64,000 bases of DNA from Octopus vulgaris. Lineage: Eukaryota. Location of the stretch: NCBI GenBank assembly GCA_951406725.2, contig OX597814.1, positions 128,340,001-128,404,000 on the forward strand. Direction: 5' to 3'. Within the stretch, counting starts at the first letter, position 1; the number at the start of each line of letters is the position of its first letter. This document shows, in pieces, positions 24,516 to 36,027 of the stretch. Made by a program: the position numbers and the translations under genes. The notes beneath the pieces are model-generated. The model searched no databases and was not told the DNA's origin. It was given only the letters and a program-made list of their open reading frames with translations.

Positions 24516-25515
24516 CAGAGACGTGTTTCTGGTTGAGAGAAGGATTCAACAGCATAATACGGAGTACGGGGATAGTGCATATTTATTGAGGGAGCCAGTA
24601 ACTGTTGCAGTGGCTACAGAAGTGAGAGCAGAGAAGAATAATGCGGCAGCGTTCTAATGAAAGCAGTATGTTGGATAGTAAATGTTCCAGATGTCATTTT
24701 TGAATGCAATACATCATTGTTGTGCTAGCTATTTTCTGTGTGCTAGCTATTTTAATCCAGGTATGTGAGTAGTGTGTCAAATTTTCATCGTTCCATCAGC
24801 GTTCTAGCAGCGATAATCTTGTATTCCTCTTTTCTGTAATACCCAGAAATCAGTTATCCACTATACAAGTTTTTTTTTACATCGGGGGAATTAAAAAAAA
24901 AATTTGACTGTTATTTCTAAACGGTCGAGTGACCGAGTAGAAGCTTCTTCGTTGGTTTTTATATAATTGTTATTTTAATGTGCATGTAAAAACGTTGGAG
25001 CTATATAAAAATCAGTAAATGATGGGAGAGCTGAAATATTTTCAGCTTCCGAAAAGTAGATAAAATGCTTAAGAAAATGTTATATAAATATTGTTTTAAA
25101 TGTCGACGTTCACGACTCTTTTCCAGATCTCCGTGACTAGTTGGAAGAAGAAAGGAAGTAATCATCAGACCAGTGATCTGGTCTGAATGCTTGGAACTAG
25201 ATTCTGCTAAACACACGCCAAGAGCAAGGCGGTGGTATTAAATCGGGCGACAGATACATCTATCTCACGAAAACATGAATGGTTTCGCTGAAAGGATTTC
25301 CACTCAATTTCTGTCCCACAAATTTTACTCACAAGGCTTTGATCAATCCGAGATTGTTGTATATTATATTTGGCCAAGATGCCGCGCAGTGGGATTGAAC
25401 CCGAAACCATTGAGCGAACTTCTTAACAACACAGCCATGCCTGCACACATGAAAGGTCACCAGTGATTATAAGGTCTAGATTTGTAGTAAGTTTTGATCC
25501 TGACTAAAGAACGTG

Positions 25516-25668
25516 CCGTATTTACTCGCGTATAAGTCGCATCCCTAATATTGTGTTAAATCTCGATACAAACTTTTCCGCCATGATAGTTTTAGCTTTG
25601 CTCCGTGTATAACTCACATCCCAGGTTTTGCAGCTAAAATCAAGTATAAAACATTGAGACTCATACGG
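25516..25668 (+). mobile_element. Short Tc2-like MITE (CCGTA termini)
   Basis: ccgtatttactcgcgtataag ... catacgg|ta. Confidence 0.55.
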
Positions 25669-26689
25669 TATAGTATTGTTCGTTTGTTTCTTTGATTTGT
25701 GTTGTGACTTGTACCCTGGGTTCTGTTCACTGATATTCGATCTTTATTGCTCATGGCGGATCTTTACAGTTTGACCGACAGTAAAGATCCCTCATGGCAG
25801 TTTTCAAGGACTCTAACCATAAAAGTAATGTGCGTTTCGTACGATTTCTCAAGGATACCTGCACCGCCATCAACAGGAAGGCTCTTTAAGTGAAAACACA
25901 CTTTGAATAAAATAAACTGAATATCTTCACAAACAGATATCCCCATGCATAGATACATGTAATTGAATACAGGAGCTGTGCGAGAATCACCGATTTTGCA
26001 AATAAATTCGATCGCATATATCAAGTACTCTTTTCCATGTTTGTAATTCTGAATGTAAACGTGAATAAACACACGTATGCAAATGCGCGCGCGCACAAAA
26101 TTTCCACACATCTGGTCATTTGTGAATAAGTGTGTATATAGAAATCATATACATTTGCTCAATAAACATATATTTAGTCATACTATGAAAATATAAACCG
26201 GACAAACTCAGAAGTTTCAATCAGCTAAGAGTAATGATTATCCGACTAGCTTCATACTTGTCAAAACTCATCAAGAATCACTTGCTTTACATCTCAAATG
26301 TCGAAATTTAAGGATATAAATATCTTCTCGCGTAAAAAGTAAACTGTTAGCGGTGTAAAAAGAAAAATACATAATGATACAAAGGTAACATTCAGAATGT
26401 AATGACAAATGTATCAACAGATCACGATAATGAAATAAAGCAACGTTGAAAAGACGAAAATCCTTTCAAAAGTCAGTATTATAATGTAAAGAAACGGAAA
26501 TAGAAGGATTAAACTAAGCATAGACTTACAAATACGTGGCATAGAGTTCTATAAATGTGACAAACCAGGCCATTTTACAAAATATATTGCAAATTTAAGC
26601 GGCTGTTCCACCAGAAGGGAATCATAATAAAAGAAACAACGTAATAATCTTTAAAAATGCATATATTGCTCGAGGGTGTACTAGATATT

Positions 26690-26971
26690 GGCTAGACTTT
26701 ATGATACGCTCAATGTTATTTAGAAGTAGCGAGCAACTGCTAATGATAGGCTTTGGCGCATCGTACGATATGTTGCTACTGCTTGTTGCTGAGTGGTTTT
26801 TTAGAAGTGGCTATACTAATATGGAATATAGACGAAACACTGAAGGTCTTTCCAGGTCATACAAACACACCCGTACGAAAAATAACTACCAATGTTACTT
26901 ACAGGAACGTGACTATTTCTGCCTGCTTTATAATGATTGACACATTCCAGAAACCAATGAGTGGGAGGTGA
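26690..26971 (+). pseudogene. Highly degraded pogo-like transposase remnant
   Basis: EQLLMIGFGASYD (CENP-B-type HTH-like), then IWNIDET and NVTISAC...PM (DDE_1-like). Confidence 0.4.
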
Positions 26972-27132
26972 ATATTTTGTAATTTTGCGTTATTTCACAT
27001 GTTTAAAGAACTTACAACACAAACAACATCAAGTCTGCAAATGTACCTGAAAAGTCTTCATGCTTCTCCAGATTGTCAATATGAGGATATAAACATAAGG
27101 ATAGAGATGGGTGCACTGTGTAATGATTTATA

Positions 27133-27650
27133 CCGTAAATTCTCGAGTATAACCCGCATTTCCTCCCAAAATTTAAAGGTCAAAATCCCTAGTGCGTACT
27201 ATATACGAGGTTAAAAATGAAAAATATTTTTTAAGCAATGTCCGAGTCTCTATTTGCTGTCCGGCAATGTTTATTCAGATGCGTTTTGTGATGCGGGCGC
27301 GAAAATACCTTAAGCTAAGCCTGAAAGCAATGAAATCATAAAAGAAGCATCCATAACTTGCAGTAAGCAACATTTATTAAAATAAAGGATTCAGAACACA
27401 GAATAACGTGTAACAAAAACAATTTGCGAACATATTTACATTCCCATATAACAGTTAAGAACATCACCATTATTGTATTACGCATGCGCGGAAGTGTTTG
27501 TTCGACTCGGTGCTGTTAGCTTAATTACGCACGAGTCAAGTTAGAGAAGGGGTGCGTATTATACACAGGTTTAGGGTTTTCAGAGGCACAACCCCCTAAA
27601 AATCACCTGCGTATTATACTCAAGGGCGGACTATACTCGAGGATTTACGG
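27133..27650 (-). mobile_element. Tc2/pogo-like MITE
   Basis: TA-flanked TIRs ccgtaaattctcgagtata / tatactcgaggatttacgg; interior partly differs from the other two copies. Confidence 0.85.
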
Positions 27651-27757
27651 TAATTCATTATAGTCGAGCGGTTCTCTCTCTAAGGCGCAAGCATGCCTGA
27701 ATAGCTGAGAAGCTCGTTTTACAACCATGTGGTCGTGGGTTCAATATCACAGGACAA

Positions 27758-28005
27758 CTTCATGAAGACCACCATCAATGGCGATGAGAAATTGGTTTAT
27801 GGTTTCTGTATGATGCTTTAGGGCATCTTGCGTGAAAACGAAAATCCGACGTGCGCGTGCTACACGTCTGTACTCTAGGTGTAACAGCCAGGAACTGATG
27901 TGGCTTACAGGCGCGAAAATCTTTACGCATGTGCAGGAAGAGTAACGTCACCTCCCATCCGAAGGATTTTGCTCAAGCGGTATTACTTTTGGCGGGACAA
28001 AATAA
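27758..28005 (+). mobile_element. Mariner fragment inside a family B SINE, inverted relative to 28137-28383
   Basis: cttcatgaagaccaccatcaatggcgatgag (FMKTTINGDE) plus long-TIR sequence. Confidence 0.75.
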
Positions 28006-28108
28006 ACTACTATAACCCTGGATCGACCAATGCTTTGTGAGTGAATTTAGTAGACGGAAACTGCGTAGCAGTCCGTCTAATGTGTATGTGTGTGCGCGCG
28101 CGCGCGTA

Positions 28109-28990
28109 TGAGGTGCATTCCAATGGTATCCGCCTTTATTTCGTCCCGCCAAAACTAATGCTACATGTACATAATTCTTTGGATGGGAGTTGACGCTAGC
28201 CTTCCTGTACATGCGTAAAAGTTTTCGCGCCGGTAAGCCGCATCAGTTCCCCGCTGTTATGTCTAGAGTACAGTCATGTGGTGCGTGCTCATCGGATTTT
28301 CGTTTTTACGCAAGATACCCAAAAGCATCATACAGAGACCATAAACCCATGTCTCATCACCAATGATGATGGTCTTCATGAAGTCTGGGCGATTTCTATT
28401 CGGATTAGCTTCTGCTGTTCCGCCAGCATCTTGCAGATGAATTCCACCGATGCTCCCCGCGTGCACAAATCCTCTGCCGAAATGGGATGTACTGAGCATG
28501 TGCTAATTTCCACTTCGTGAGCAATTTCCTAGATTGTTACACGACGGTCTATGACTATTTTTCCGAACTTTCTCAATCCGCTCCTCGTTTCGGTTTGTAG
28601 ATGGCCTACCTGAGCGTGCCTTGCTTGCAACTGAAGTGCGGCCATGTTTGAAACGGTTGTACCACTACATGATCTGATTTTTGCCCATGGCATTATCCCC
28701 ATAGGCATGCTGAATCTTCTGGATGGTTTGAGTTTCAGTATCACCAAGCTTTTGGTAAAACTTGATACAATATCTTTTTTCGAGGCGTTCTGTGAAAACT
28801 AAAATCCGACGAGTGAGCACTACACGCCTGTACTCTAGATGTAATAGCCGAGAAGTGACGAGGCCTATCGGCGCAAAAATTTTCACGCATGTGCAGGAAG
28901 GTGGCGTCACCTTCCACTCGGGGGATTTTGTCTACGCGGTATTAATTTTAGCAGTAAAAAATAAAGGTTGGATACTTTTTGAACGCAGCT
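28109..28990 (-). mobile_element. Internally deleted mariner, same family as 4203-5121
   Basis: TIRs gaggtgcattccaatggtatcc / ggatactttttgaacgca; ORF pieces RYCIKFYQKLG and IIIGDETWVYG. Confidence 0.9.
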
Positions 28991-29431
28991 ACCGTTGAGA
29001 AAAAATTCGCGCTTATGGTAAAAGGTGTAATAATGCTCAGTATCTCTCCTTTGCGGATTTCTAGATGCATTTCTGGTTCTTTAGCCTTTCTCAGTAAGAA
29101 ATACCGAAGAGAGATACCTCAAGCAGATTCTAAAGCTGTACGTTTATCTTAAAACAGTCAATATAAATGACTGGGTTGCTCCCGCAGACCACCTAATCGG
29201 AATAAATACGATGGTATCACCGCTAAACGGTGATGAAGAATAAACTTTAGGTTAGTTAAAAATGTGTTTGCGAAATATTTCAACTTCCAAAGGCAAATTC
29301 ACTGCAGTTACCTCCCCCTAGCAGACTCCGAGATGCATTTCTGGCTGCTTGTCCTTCTTGAGTTGGAGATATCGAAGAGATAATTCGAGCAGATTCTAAA
29401 ACCGTAGATTCATCTTAAAACAGTCAATATC

Positions 29432-29656
29432 TATTTCTTTATTGCCCACAAGGGGCTAAACATAGAGGGGACAAACAAGGACATACAAAGGGATTAAGTC
29501 GATTAGATCGACCCCAGTGCGTAACTGGTACTTTATTTATCGACCCCAAATGATGAAAGGCAAAGTCGACCTGGGCGTAATTTGAACTCAGAACGTAACG
29601 GCAGGCGAAATGCCCCTAAGCATTTCGCCTGGCGTCCTAACGATTCTGCCAGCTCG
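29432..29656 (-). mobile_element. Family A SINE, tail A
   Basis: Family core and tail. Confidence 0.85.
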
Positions 29657-29989
29657 TAATATCAATTACAAGTGACAACAGACTGAAAGCATTCCAAGTT
29701 GTTTAGACAAGACGCAACTGAAACAATACGCGAACTGATAATTTCAGATCCTTAATGCTGCCTAAAGATTTCAGCCAAGGTGTTGGAAAAGAAGTTGCTA
29801 CTTGTCATTGTTAGAACATAGACCTGTACGATTCTCAGAAGTTATTCAGGACAACCTTCATCGTATACGAGGAATGACAGAGAATCAATAATAAATCTGG
29901 CTTTAGTAGACCCCAGGTTAATTTAGATAAATAAAAACTTTTGGAATGGCCGACCTTCGCAATTTGCATCGCTTCTTTGCAGTGTACTT

Positions 29990-30288
29990 TGTTACTTATC
30001 GAGCCATGCCTGGCTCATAGGACCGGTTTCCCGGTTTCCTTGGTGTATAGGTTCCCCACCTGGACGGGACGCCGGTCCGTCGCAAGTGAGCTTCAAGATG
30101 CAGGAGGAAAGAGTGAGAGAAAGTTGTGGTGAAAGAGTCAGCAGAAGTTCGCCATTACCTTCTGCCGGAGCCGCGTGGAACTTAGGTGTTTCGTTCATAA
30201 ACACACACATCGCCCGGTCTGAGATTCGAACCCGCGATCCCTCGACCGCGAGTCCGCAGTTCTAACCACTAGGCCATGTGCCTCCACA
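29990..30288 (-). mobile_element. Family C SINE variant
   Basis: tRNA-Arg-like head (gactcgcggtc loop); flanked by tgtactt. Confidence 0.8.
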
Positions 30289-30691
30289 TGTACTTGTAAC
30301 TTGGCATCTGTAAAACAGTTTCGGGCCTACTTTCATCGACTTGGTTGCCTTGATAACTCCTCGGTGGTCAGATTTAAAGGCTAACTTTCGGAACTGTTTC
30401 GGATAACTGACTTTGTAACCCTTTTCATCGCTCCTGTACATTTTTTACTACTGAAACAAAACTGTGAAAGTTAGACGTGCTGAAGGAAGCATTCTGCTCC
30501 AGTACAGAAGAGTCGTGTCTGCAAACAAGGATAACGTCATTGTGCGATTGTACATCCAGTTAGTTATCTCGATTAGAACACGATAGTTTTGAAATGTATT
30601 CGGCGTATGAACTGATGTCTGTGATAAACTTTTGTTTAATCTTCATATTTAATTTACACATCTTCAAAATCGGTGCCATATAAAAGTTACT

Positions 30692-31182
30692 GTGGCGGTA
30701 TCTCTTAGATATCCTAAATTATAATTTTAATAATAATTATTACCTTTGAAGGTTTTTATTCCCATGCTGGCCACTTGATAAGATCGATATTTAAATTAAC
30801 GATCTTGTCCTTATTTATATAAATTTTAAATTTATTTCGTCATTGTATTTACTGTGGTGATGTTTCAACCATATCGCACGAGGAGTTATAAGGCGGGCAA
30901 TTTAAACTGGTCGTATGTATGTATACGTTCGTATATGTAGGTATTCGTATGTTGTATGTAAATATATGTGTATTTATGTTACTTTCTGCGTATATTCCAC
31001 TGAAGAGGCAAAGCATTTCTTATGCAAAGTTAGAAATCCGAGATCTGGAATTATCCAGTAATTCTTTGTATTTTGTCTTCTCTCCTGGTGCTGTATGAAC
31101 ATTTAATGTGGTTTTAGAGTCAGGTTTTGGTTGCTATTTCCAACGTGGCGGTATCTCTTAGATACCCTAAATTATAAGTTTA
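30692..31182 (+). mobile_element. Penelope-like terminal repeat unit with a direct terminal duplication
   Basis: gtggcggtatctcttagata(t/c)cctaaattataa occurs at about 30692 and 31145, with a hammerhead between them. Confidence 0.55.
30994..31051 (+). ncRNA. Type I hammerhead ribozyme candidate
   Basis: auucca CUGAAGA GGCaaaGCAU..AUGCaaaGUUA GAAA UCCGAGA UC uggaau: 6-bp stem I, stem III AUC/GAU, AUC triplet; the stem II closing pair is imperfect. Confidence 0.6.
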
Positions 31183-31242
31183 TATATATATTATTTCCGT
31201 AAACCTGCCTTCGTCTTTTGTCTATTTTCATAAAGCTTCCCG

Positions 31243-31283
<41 letters not shown>

Positions 31284-31285
31284 TT

Positions 31286-31454
31286 TTTTTGTGTAATGAG
31301 ATAAAAAAACCAAGCCTGTATAGATATTAGAGCATTTATAGATAGAAGGGATATTATTATTAATTAATATTCTAGAAATAGCTGTAAGACCTTCTATCTA
31401 TAAATGCTCTAATATCTATACAGCCTTGGTTTTTTTTATCTCATTACACAAAAA
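31286..31454. repeat. Near-perfect foldback (about 64-bp arms, about 40-bp spacer) in (TA)n
   Basis: tttttgtgtaatgagat...atagatagaagg versus ccttctatctat...atctcattacacaaaaa. Confidence 0.9.
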
Positions 31455-31614
31455 GTTCATATATACACGCGCTGACATAGAACCAACTTTGAACCCTTTA
31501 TTCGCAATATTACCGAATCTGGAACTTAACTATGGTCTGTCTATGGCATTTATTCAGCATTACTTGGCACCTTTGGTTCTCAATGACATCATTATCTCCT
31601 ATATATATATATAT

Positions 31615-31983
31615 ATTGTATTTGGGGACGGTCATGTTGCCAGTTAAGCCATTGAAAGCAAACGCACTATATACTTGGTGTTCACTTGCTTCAGCTTTAT
31701 CTTATATTTATTATATTTCGGCCTGAGTTCTTTCGTAACACTTCTATGACCTCATCAGTGGTCCTTTGCTTTCTTCTTTGTTTTTAGTGTGTCTCTCCTC
31801 ACTAACAATCTGCCATTTTGAATTCCTATTCTATGTGTCTTTATTTGCGCATGCATATACCCCTGTGTGTGTCTGGCCGAAATACAATTAATATAAAATA
31901 AAGCTGAAGTAAGTGAACACCAAATGTATAGTGCATGTGTTTTCATTGGCTAAACTGGCAACATCACCATCCCCAAATACAAC
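31615..31983. mobile_element. Foldback element (about 110-bp arms) with a degenerate hammerhead at 31720-31764(-)
   Basis: Arms ttgtatttggggacgg...tttcggcc / ggccgaaa...ccccaaatacaa; the minus strand reads ggacca CUGAUGA G...C GAAA GAAC UC aggcc. Confidence 0.7.
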
Positions 31984-32054
31984 AATATCTGTTTCAGCAC
32001 ACGAATTCACGGCAAGAATCTAGCAAAACGAATATATAAACGCGTGTGAGTGTA

Positions 32055-32061
<7 letters not shown>

Positions 32062-32107
<46 letters not shown>

Positions 32108-32189
32108 TTCTTCTTCTTCTTCTTCTTCTTCTTCTTCTTCTTCTTCTTCTTCTTCTTCTTCTTCTTCCTCCTCCTCCTCCTCCTCCTCC
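32062..32189. repeat. (TA)n(TTC)n(TCC)n microsatellite
   Basis: Direct observation; it is the source of the poly-E and poly-K ORFs. Confidence 0.95.
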
Positions 32190-32469
32190 AATCAGGACTC
32201 ACGCCATTAGCCACAATGAATAATCTCTAATTCGAGCCTGCTCTAAGCTACTAAGAACGCGTGCGGCAACTTGAAGATCCACCCACCACACGCAATAGAC
32301 TGGCGGTTGCACGGGCGCGAAAGCTACGTTGTTATCCTCATTCCGTAAATGGTGGCTTTTAATGAGTGGAGAGCTGAACCATCCTGGGGTTCAGAGGATT
32401 CGCAATCTAGACTACGGTCTGAAAGTTTACCACACCATAGCGGATTACACCATGGTTCCTCTACTTTGT

Positions 32470-32670
32470 GGCAGAAGTAGGAAGAAAGAGTGAGAGAAAG
32501 TTGTGGTGAAAGAGTACAGCGGGGTTCTCCCTCCCTCCCCCCCGCCGGAGCCTCATGGAGCTTAGGTGTTTTTGCTCAATAAACACTCACAATGCCCGGT
32601 CTGGGAATCGAAACCGCATTCTTACGACCGCGAGTCCGCTGACCTAACCACTGGGCCATTGCGCCTCCAC
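32470..32670 (-). mobile_element. Family C SINE, 3'-truncated
   Basis: Head and body homology to the other family C copies. Confidence 0.8.
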
Positions 32671-32911
32671 TGGTGCTGCTGCCGGTTCTGTTCGTGCCTC
32701 TGCAGCTGCTACTATTGGTACTGTCGACCCTGCTACTGTTGTAGCCGTTGGGTGAAGCTGCTGATGTTGCTGCCGTTAGGGATACTGCCATTGCTGTCGT
32801 TGATGTTGTTATCGCTGGCGATGGTGCTGCCGCTTGGTTCTGTTCGTGTCTCTACTGCTGCTTCTATTCGTACTGTCGACCCTGCTACTGTAGTAGCCAT
32901 TGTTGCTGCTG

Positions 32912-33293
32912 CTTTGTTTGTTTGTTTGTTTGTTGAGCGAAGCGGTCTTCGACCCAGAGTGGGAGAAGTCCGAAACGTGGTCCTTTGCTATTCGTAAGAC
33001 CCGCAGAAGAGTAAGCAGGTCAATCCCCGACACCGAGAGCATCGACGGATGGATGAATGTGCATCCAGGCTCAACGGTTGCGTAGGAAGTCGGGGATAAG
33101 AAACAGGAAGAAAGAGTGAGAGAAAGTTGGAGCGAAAGAGTACAACAGGGGTCGCCACCACCCCCTGCCGGGGCCTCGTGGAGCTTTAGGTGTTTTCGCT
33201 CAATAAACACACACAACGCCCGGTCTGGGAATCGAAACCGCGATCCTCCGACCGCGAGTCCGCTGCCCTAACCACTGGGCCATTGCGCCTTCA
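32912..33293 (-). mobile_element. Family C SINE, full length, (CAAA)n tail
   Basis: tRNA-Arg-like head; the tail matches 5553-5760; flanks resemble tgttgctgctgct on both sides. Confidence 0.9.
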
Positions 33294-33692
33294 CTGTTGC
33301 TGCTGCTACGAGGGTTGGCCAGTACCTCAGCTTTATAGAGGACTCCCTTGGTTTCGCAGTGTTCTTTTACGACGGGATTCCACACACAATATCATAGAGA
33401 ATCCTAGAAAATCCAGGTCCCGACATAATGTGAACCAAGCGTTGTAAACGTGCATAATAGAGCACTAGCACAATTCGGGCTATCTGGTGTCATCCGCAGT
33501 CGAGGTATATTTTCGCTAGATCTACTTCAGGAAGTTCCACTCAGAGGGGACAGTAACAGGATGTAAAATGATTGTTTTACAAATAAAGATTAATACTAAA
33601 TCCACCTTCTGGTTACTTAACCAATTATCATTACACACACGCGCGTGCGCGCACACACACACACACACACAATGTTAAGCAAAAAAATTATA

Positions 33693-34442
33693 GGTACATT
33701 TTGGTTATCTCACCCCCATTGAAAAATTGGGTTATCTCCCCGCCGTTTTATGAAAAATATCAGTACTTTTGGTTATCTACCCCAACTAAAAAATTGTTTA
33801 ATCCGAAATAAATGAAAAGAAAAAAGGAAAAGTTAACATGAAAACTGAAAAAGTTAATAAACAAGAAAACTGAAAAGTTTAAACATCTTATTGAATCTAA
33901 TAACATTTTTATAACAAACTAGCACTATGACCCGGCAATGCCGGGTCATAGTGCTAGTGCATGCATATACAGCTGCGTGAGTGCGCACATACACGCGAGT
34001 ACTATCCAAATCTCCGACCAATCACATACAGCTAGCTGGCATTTAATTGGCGTATCAAGTTTCGGGCATTTTGATTGGATTTTGGATAGAAAATTCACAA
34101 GTCACTTCTGTTGATTTTTAAAGGCTTTGCGGAGTGACGGGAAATGTAAAGATATGCACGACCACCCTTGGACGGTTTTGAATGACCATAGAAAGTGCGA
34201 GCCCTCTAACTGAAAAATTGTGGATTTGTATAAAGGATACACACACACACAGACAGACATTTTGCCGTTTATATATAGAGAGATCATGCCATGCCTATTG
34301 AGGGGGTCAAAAGTCAACAATGTGTTGAAGTATTGAATCAAAAGGATCTAATCCAATCTCTTGTCGCCTCTTAATTTTTTAATGGAGAGATAACTCAGTT
34401 AATGGTGATTTGTTAATGGGGGTAAGATAACCAAAAAGTACC
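33693..34442. mobile_element. Merlin-like MITE with a nested Helitron
   Basis: TIRs ggtacattttggttatctcacccccatt / aatgggggtaagataaccaaaaagtacc; 8-bp TSD aaattata; GG termini with an 8-bp TSD fit Merlin. Confidence 0.75.
33919..34283 (-). mobile_element. Non-autonomous Helitron
   Basis: A|TCTCTCTATATATAAAC 5' end; 3' CTAG|T with a GC-rich hairpin; no TSD. Confidence 0.85.
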
Positions 34443-35281
34443 AAATTATATATCAATATAATTTTTCCAGTTGTTTGTTTAATAAAACATAAACAAACTT
34501 AATATTAAATGTAGGCCTACTTATAACTTGTGGAGAATTAGAAATAGATAACTCTAGAAATGGGTTGGGTGGGGGGCAAAGGATAATAATATCTTTCGTA
34601 CGTGCTTAAGTGAGTAAGAAAAAAGATGTCGGTGGGGGAAGAATTCGGATCAAACTATAAACAACAAAAGAGTAAACAAAATGGGCTGTCATGGGAAATA
34701 CATTAGCGGTGATCGTTTCGTTGTATCTACTCATAAATGAACAATAGAACGTTTTAGTGGCTTCTAAAACAATAACCTTTCTATAAAAAGGTAGGTCATA
34801 TGTAAGGGGAAACACTTGACATGGTCTTGATGTTATATCCTGTTTGCGACAATCGTGGATAGACATCAAGACGTGAAATACAAAAACAACAGTCTCATTT
34901 GGACGTTATTATTATTGTCAACAATGTACCAAGAACAACTGGCTGTGATAACATCGATGTCTAACATTGACACAAGATCAGAAATACTGAGGTAACAGTA
35001 CAAACCAATTAATTCGATCTCGGTATATTACCAGCACTTCATTTTGTTGTGGTGGTCATAAACAATGTTGAGGAAGGGCGATCCGAAACTCCTTCAAATC
35101 TTCTTTTTTTTCAAGTTTTATCAACAGCCGCAGGCGGTTGTATGGTTTAGAGATTCGATTTGTAACCACATGATTACGGGTTCAGGCTCACTCAAAGCCA
35201 GATTAAGACCCACAGAGGTCCTTTTACTCTTAAAAGATTTTGGTGTTCCCATATATATGTAATTCAAAATATAAACAATAA

Positions 35282-35718
35282 TCTTTTCTACTCTAGGCAC
35301 AAGGCCCGAAATTTTGGAGGAGAGGGCCAGTCGATTAGATCGACGCCAGTACTTGACTGGTACTTAATTTATGGACTCCGAAAGGATGAAAGGCAAAGTC
35401 GACCTGGGCGGAATTTGAACTCAGAACGTAAAGACAGACGAAATACCTATTTCTATTTCTTTACTACTCACAAAGGAGCTAAACACAGAGAGGACAAACA
35501 AGGACAGACAAACGGATTAAGTCGATTATATCGACCCCAGTGCGTAACTGGTACTTATTTAATCGATCCCGAAAGGATGAAAGGCAAAGTCGACCTCGGC
35601 AGAATTTGAACTCAGAACGTAGCGGCAGACGAAATACCGCTAAGCATTTCGCCCGGCGTGCTAACGGTTCTACCAGCTTACTTCGCCTGGCGTGCTAACG
35701 TTTCTGCCACTTGCTGCA
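35282..35718 (-). mobile_element. Dimeric family A SINE (tail A + tail B)
   Basis: Same junction near 35446; flanked on both sides by aaatataaacaataa. Confidence 0.85.
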
Positions 35719-36027
35719 TTCAAATATAAACAATAACGACCCATAGAATATATCAATTTTCAAAATGAAACAAAGCTAACAAGATATTAATGCAGCTGGG
35801 CTCACTGCTCGGCACCTTGGGCAAGTGTCTTGCACTGTAGCCCGGGGCCTACCAAAGTCTTGTGGATGAAAGAAGGAACCCATCGCGTGTGCGTGCATGT
35901 GTGTGTGTGTGCGTGCGACACCAATTGACAACCGGTGTTGCTTTGTTTACGTGTGTCACCATGAGTGGTTGATTGCTAAGTTGAATTGATGAACAAAGAT
36001 ATAATTTGTTGGCTGCGTGAATAATTG

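Noticed and set aside
32672-32905. Cys/Ala-rich ORFs with an internal duplication of about 80 bp
   Set aside because: Low-complexity (CTG/TTG) tandem duplication between two SINEs, with no coding evidence.
33200-33293. tRNA-Arg(TCG)-like sequence
   Set aside because: It is a SINE head, continuous with a multi-copy body and tail, and has no clean cloverleaf or Pol III terminator.
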